64,000 nt of DNA from Vairimorpha necatrix. Its lineage: Eukaryota. Made by a program: the position numbers and the translations under genes. Position 1 is the stretch's first letter. Each line of letters opens with the position of its first letter. This document shows positions 62,534 through 64,000 of this stretch, in pieces. The DNA lies in contig CP142735.1 in NCBI GenBank assembly GCA_036630325.1, positions 558,001 through 622,000 of the forward strand. Direction: 5' to 3'. A model generated the notes under the pieces. That model searched no databases. It had not been told where the DNA came from and saw only the letters and a list, made by a program, of their open reading frames with translations.

Positions 62534-64000
62534 TTATTTCGATAGTTTAAATCTCATGTTTGGTACTCTGAATCTTTTATAAAGTAAAATTACAAAACCT
62601 CCTAAACTTAAACAAGATACAAACATAGCGAAAATAATGATGGAGTCGGAATATTTTCCAAAATCTTTATAAATAATTGTTTTTTGTGCACCTTCTTCGT
62701 AAGAAATTTGAATAATTTTTCGAAAGAATGTTTTTTCTAAATATGTTGATATTTTTGTATTATTTTTGAATTTTTCTGTTAAACCAAAACATCTCATTTC
62801 TAAAAAAACTCTCAAATTGTATGTTGGAATAAACATTGAGAAATATCGAAATAGACTAATATTGTTTGATTTAAATGAATCGTAAGTAAAATTTATAAAG
62901 ATTAGATTACAAGTAAAAATGTATACGCTACAAAAAAATACATTGTATTCAAATATTAAGGACACGAATGTATATATAATAGTGTTTATGATAGTAAAAA
63001 TGCCGATAGACAATAATATAAGAGGCTGAAACATAATATTGTTGTAAAATAACAGACAAAAACTAAACTTGATAAAAAAAATATAAAATTTTTTACAAGA
63101 GAACAAAAAAATACAGCAATGAAATATGTACCAAAAGTATAACGACCGTCTAAATATTCAAATGAAAAATAAAAATTTTCTGAAGGTAAATTAGTTAATG
63201 ATTGAAGCATCCATGTAAAGGGAGTAAAAAAGAATATTTGATTGACAATAGCAAAACCAATACTTAAAATATTATTATATGAGCAAAATTTCAGTTCTTC
63301 ATATAATTTTTTACCCACAAGTGATCTAGATCCAATATAATCAATTATTGGATCGAAAAAAAGGGTAAAAATATATAACACAAAAATAAAAACATTTTTT
63401 ACAGACCCAAACTCGAATTTTCTAGATGTTTTTATTTTAAGCTTTATAATTTTCCATATATCAAGATAATTATGACAAAAATTTAATTTTTTGTAATTAT
63501 TACATGCTATAGTTGGATAATTAGCATTATTTATCTTGTTTTTCTCGACTATATTTTTGCAATGTTGTCTATACTTTTTAGGTAATGGTATGATAGAATG
63601 CGCAGATGATAAAACTAATAATAAATCCGACAGTGTTAAGGGTGTTTTTGTCTGGATACCGTTGTCTATCAAAAAAGATTCTACTCGACTATACGGCCCA
63701 ATATAAAAAACCCCTCTTATTACCAATACTATTAAATCATCAAAATACATAAATAATTCAGGAGCTGGATAATGTAATGTACATATCACCATACAATTAT
63801 TTTCCTGGGCATAATTTTTTAGTATACAAACAATATCTAATGCCATATATAAATCTAAGCCTGTTGTAGGCTCGTCTAAAAATAATATTTCTGGGTTATT
63901 GATCATAGAAATAGCAATTAATGCCTTTTTACATTCAAATTCAGATAGATCTTTCATCGAGCTGTGTTTTTTATGCAACATTCCACATCTTGTTAGTATT
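62534..64000 (-). CDS. ABCG (White-family) half transporter, 5' end beyond the window, split by one frameshift in 62986-63106
   Basis: ILFLDEPTTGLD (Walker B/D-loop), CTLHYP (H-loop), FDDLIVL, then an ABC2 membrane domain (EYLDGRY). The frame is open to the window end. Confidence 0.85.

Overview
Very AT-rich, gene-sparse, intron-poor eukaryotic DNA. Most ATGs are preceded by a CCC/GGG-type motif, and stop codons overlap or abut AATAAA. Together with the divergent proteins, this points to a large-genome, TE-rich microsporidian (inference; no database search was possible). Host genes: MSH4-like MutS, UTP4-like WD40 protein, Chk1 kinase, a membrane-anchored non-RD kinase, a minimal Rpr2/Rpp21-like zinc protein, RPS14, 6-phosphofructokinase, a frameshifted ABCG transporter with an inverted pseudogene copy, and several signal-peptide or C-terminal-anchor orphans. 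Mobile DNA: a near-intact 4.0-kb Ty3/gypsy element with highly structured 226-bp LTRs; a second, internally deleted Ty3/gypsy element with LTRs of only 38 bp, whose 3' LTR is interrupted by an intact Ginger-like integrase DNA transposon; a Tc1-like element with subterminal 22-bp arrays; one TSD-bounded and two relic Merlin elements; two MITEs; and four fragments of an RLE-type non-LTR retrotransposon. The most striking observation is the 38-bp LTR. It packs the TG..CA ends, the integrase stop codon, a CCC start motif, AATAAA signals and an in-frame gag ATG into 38 nt.
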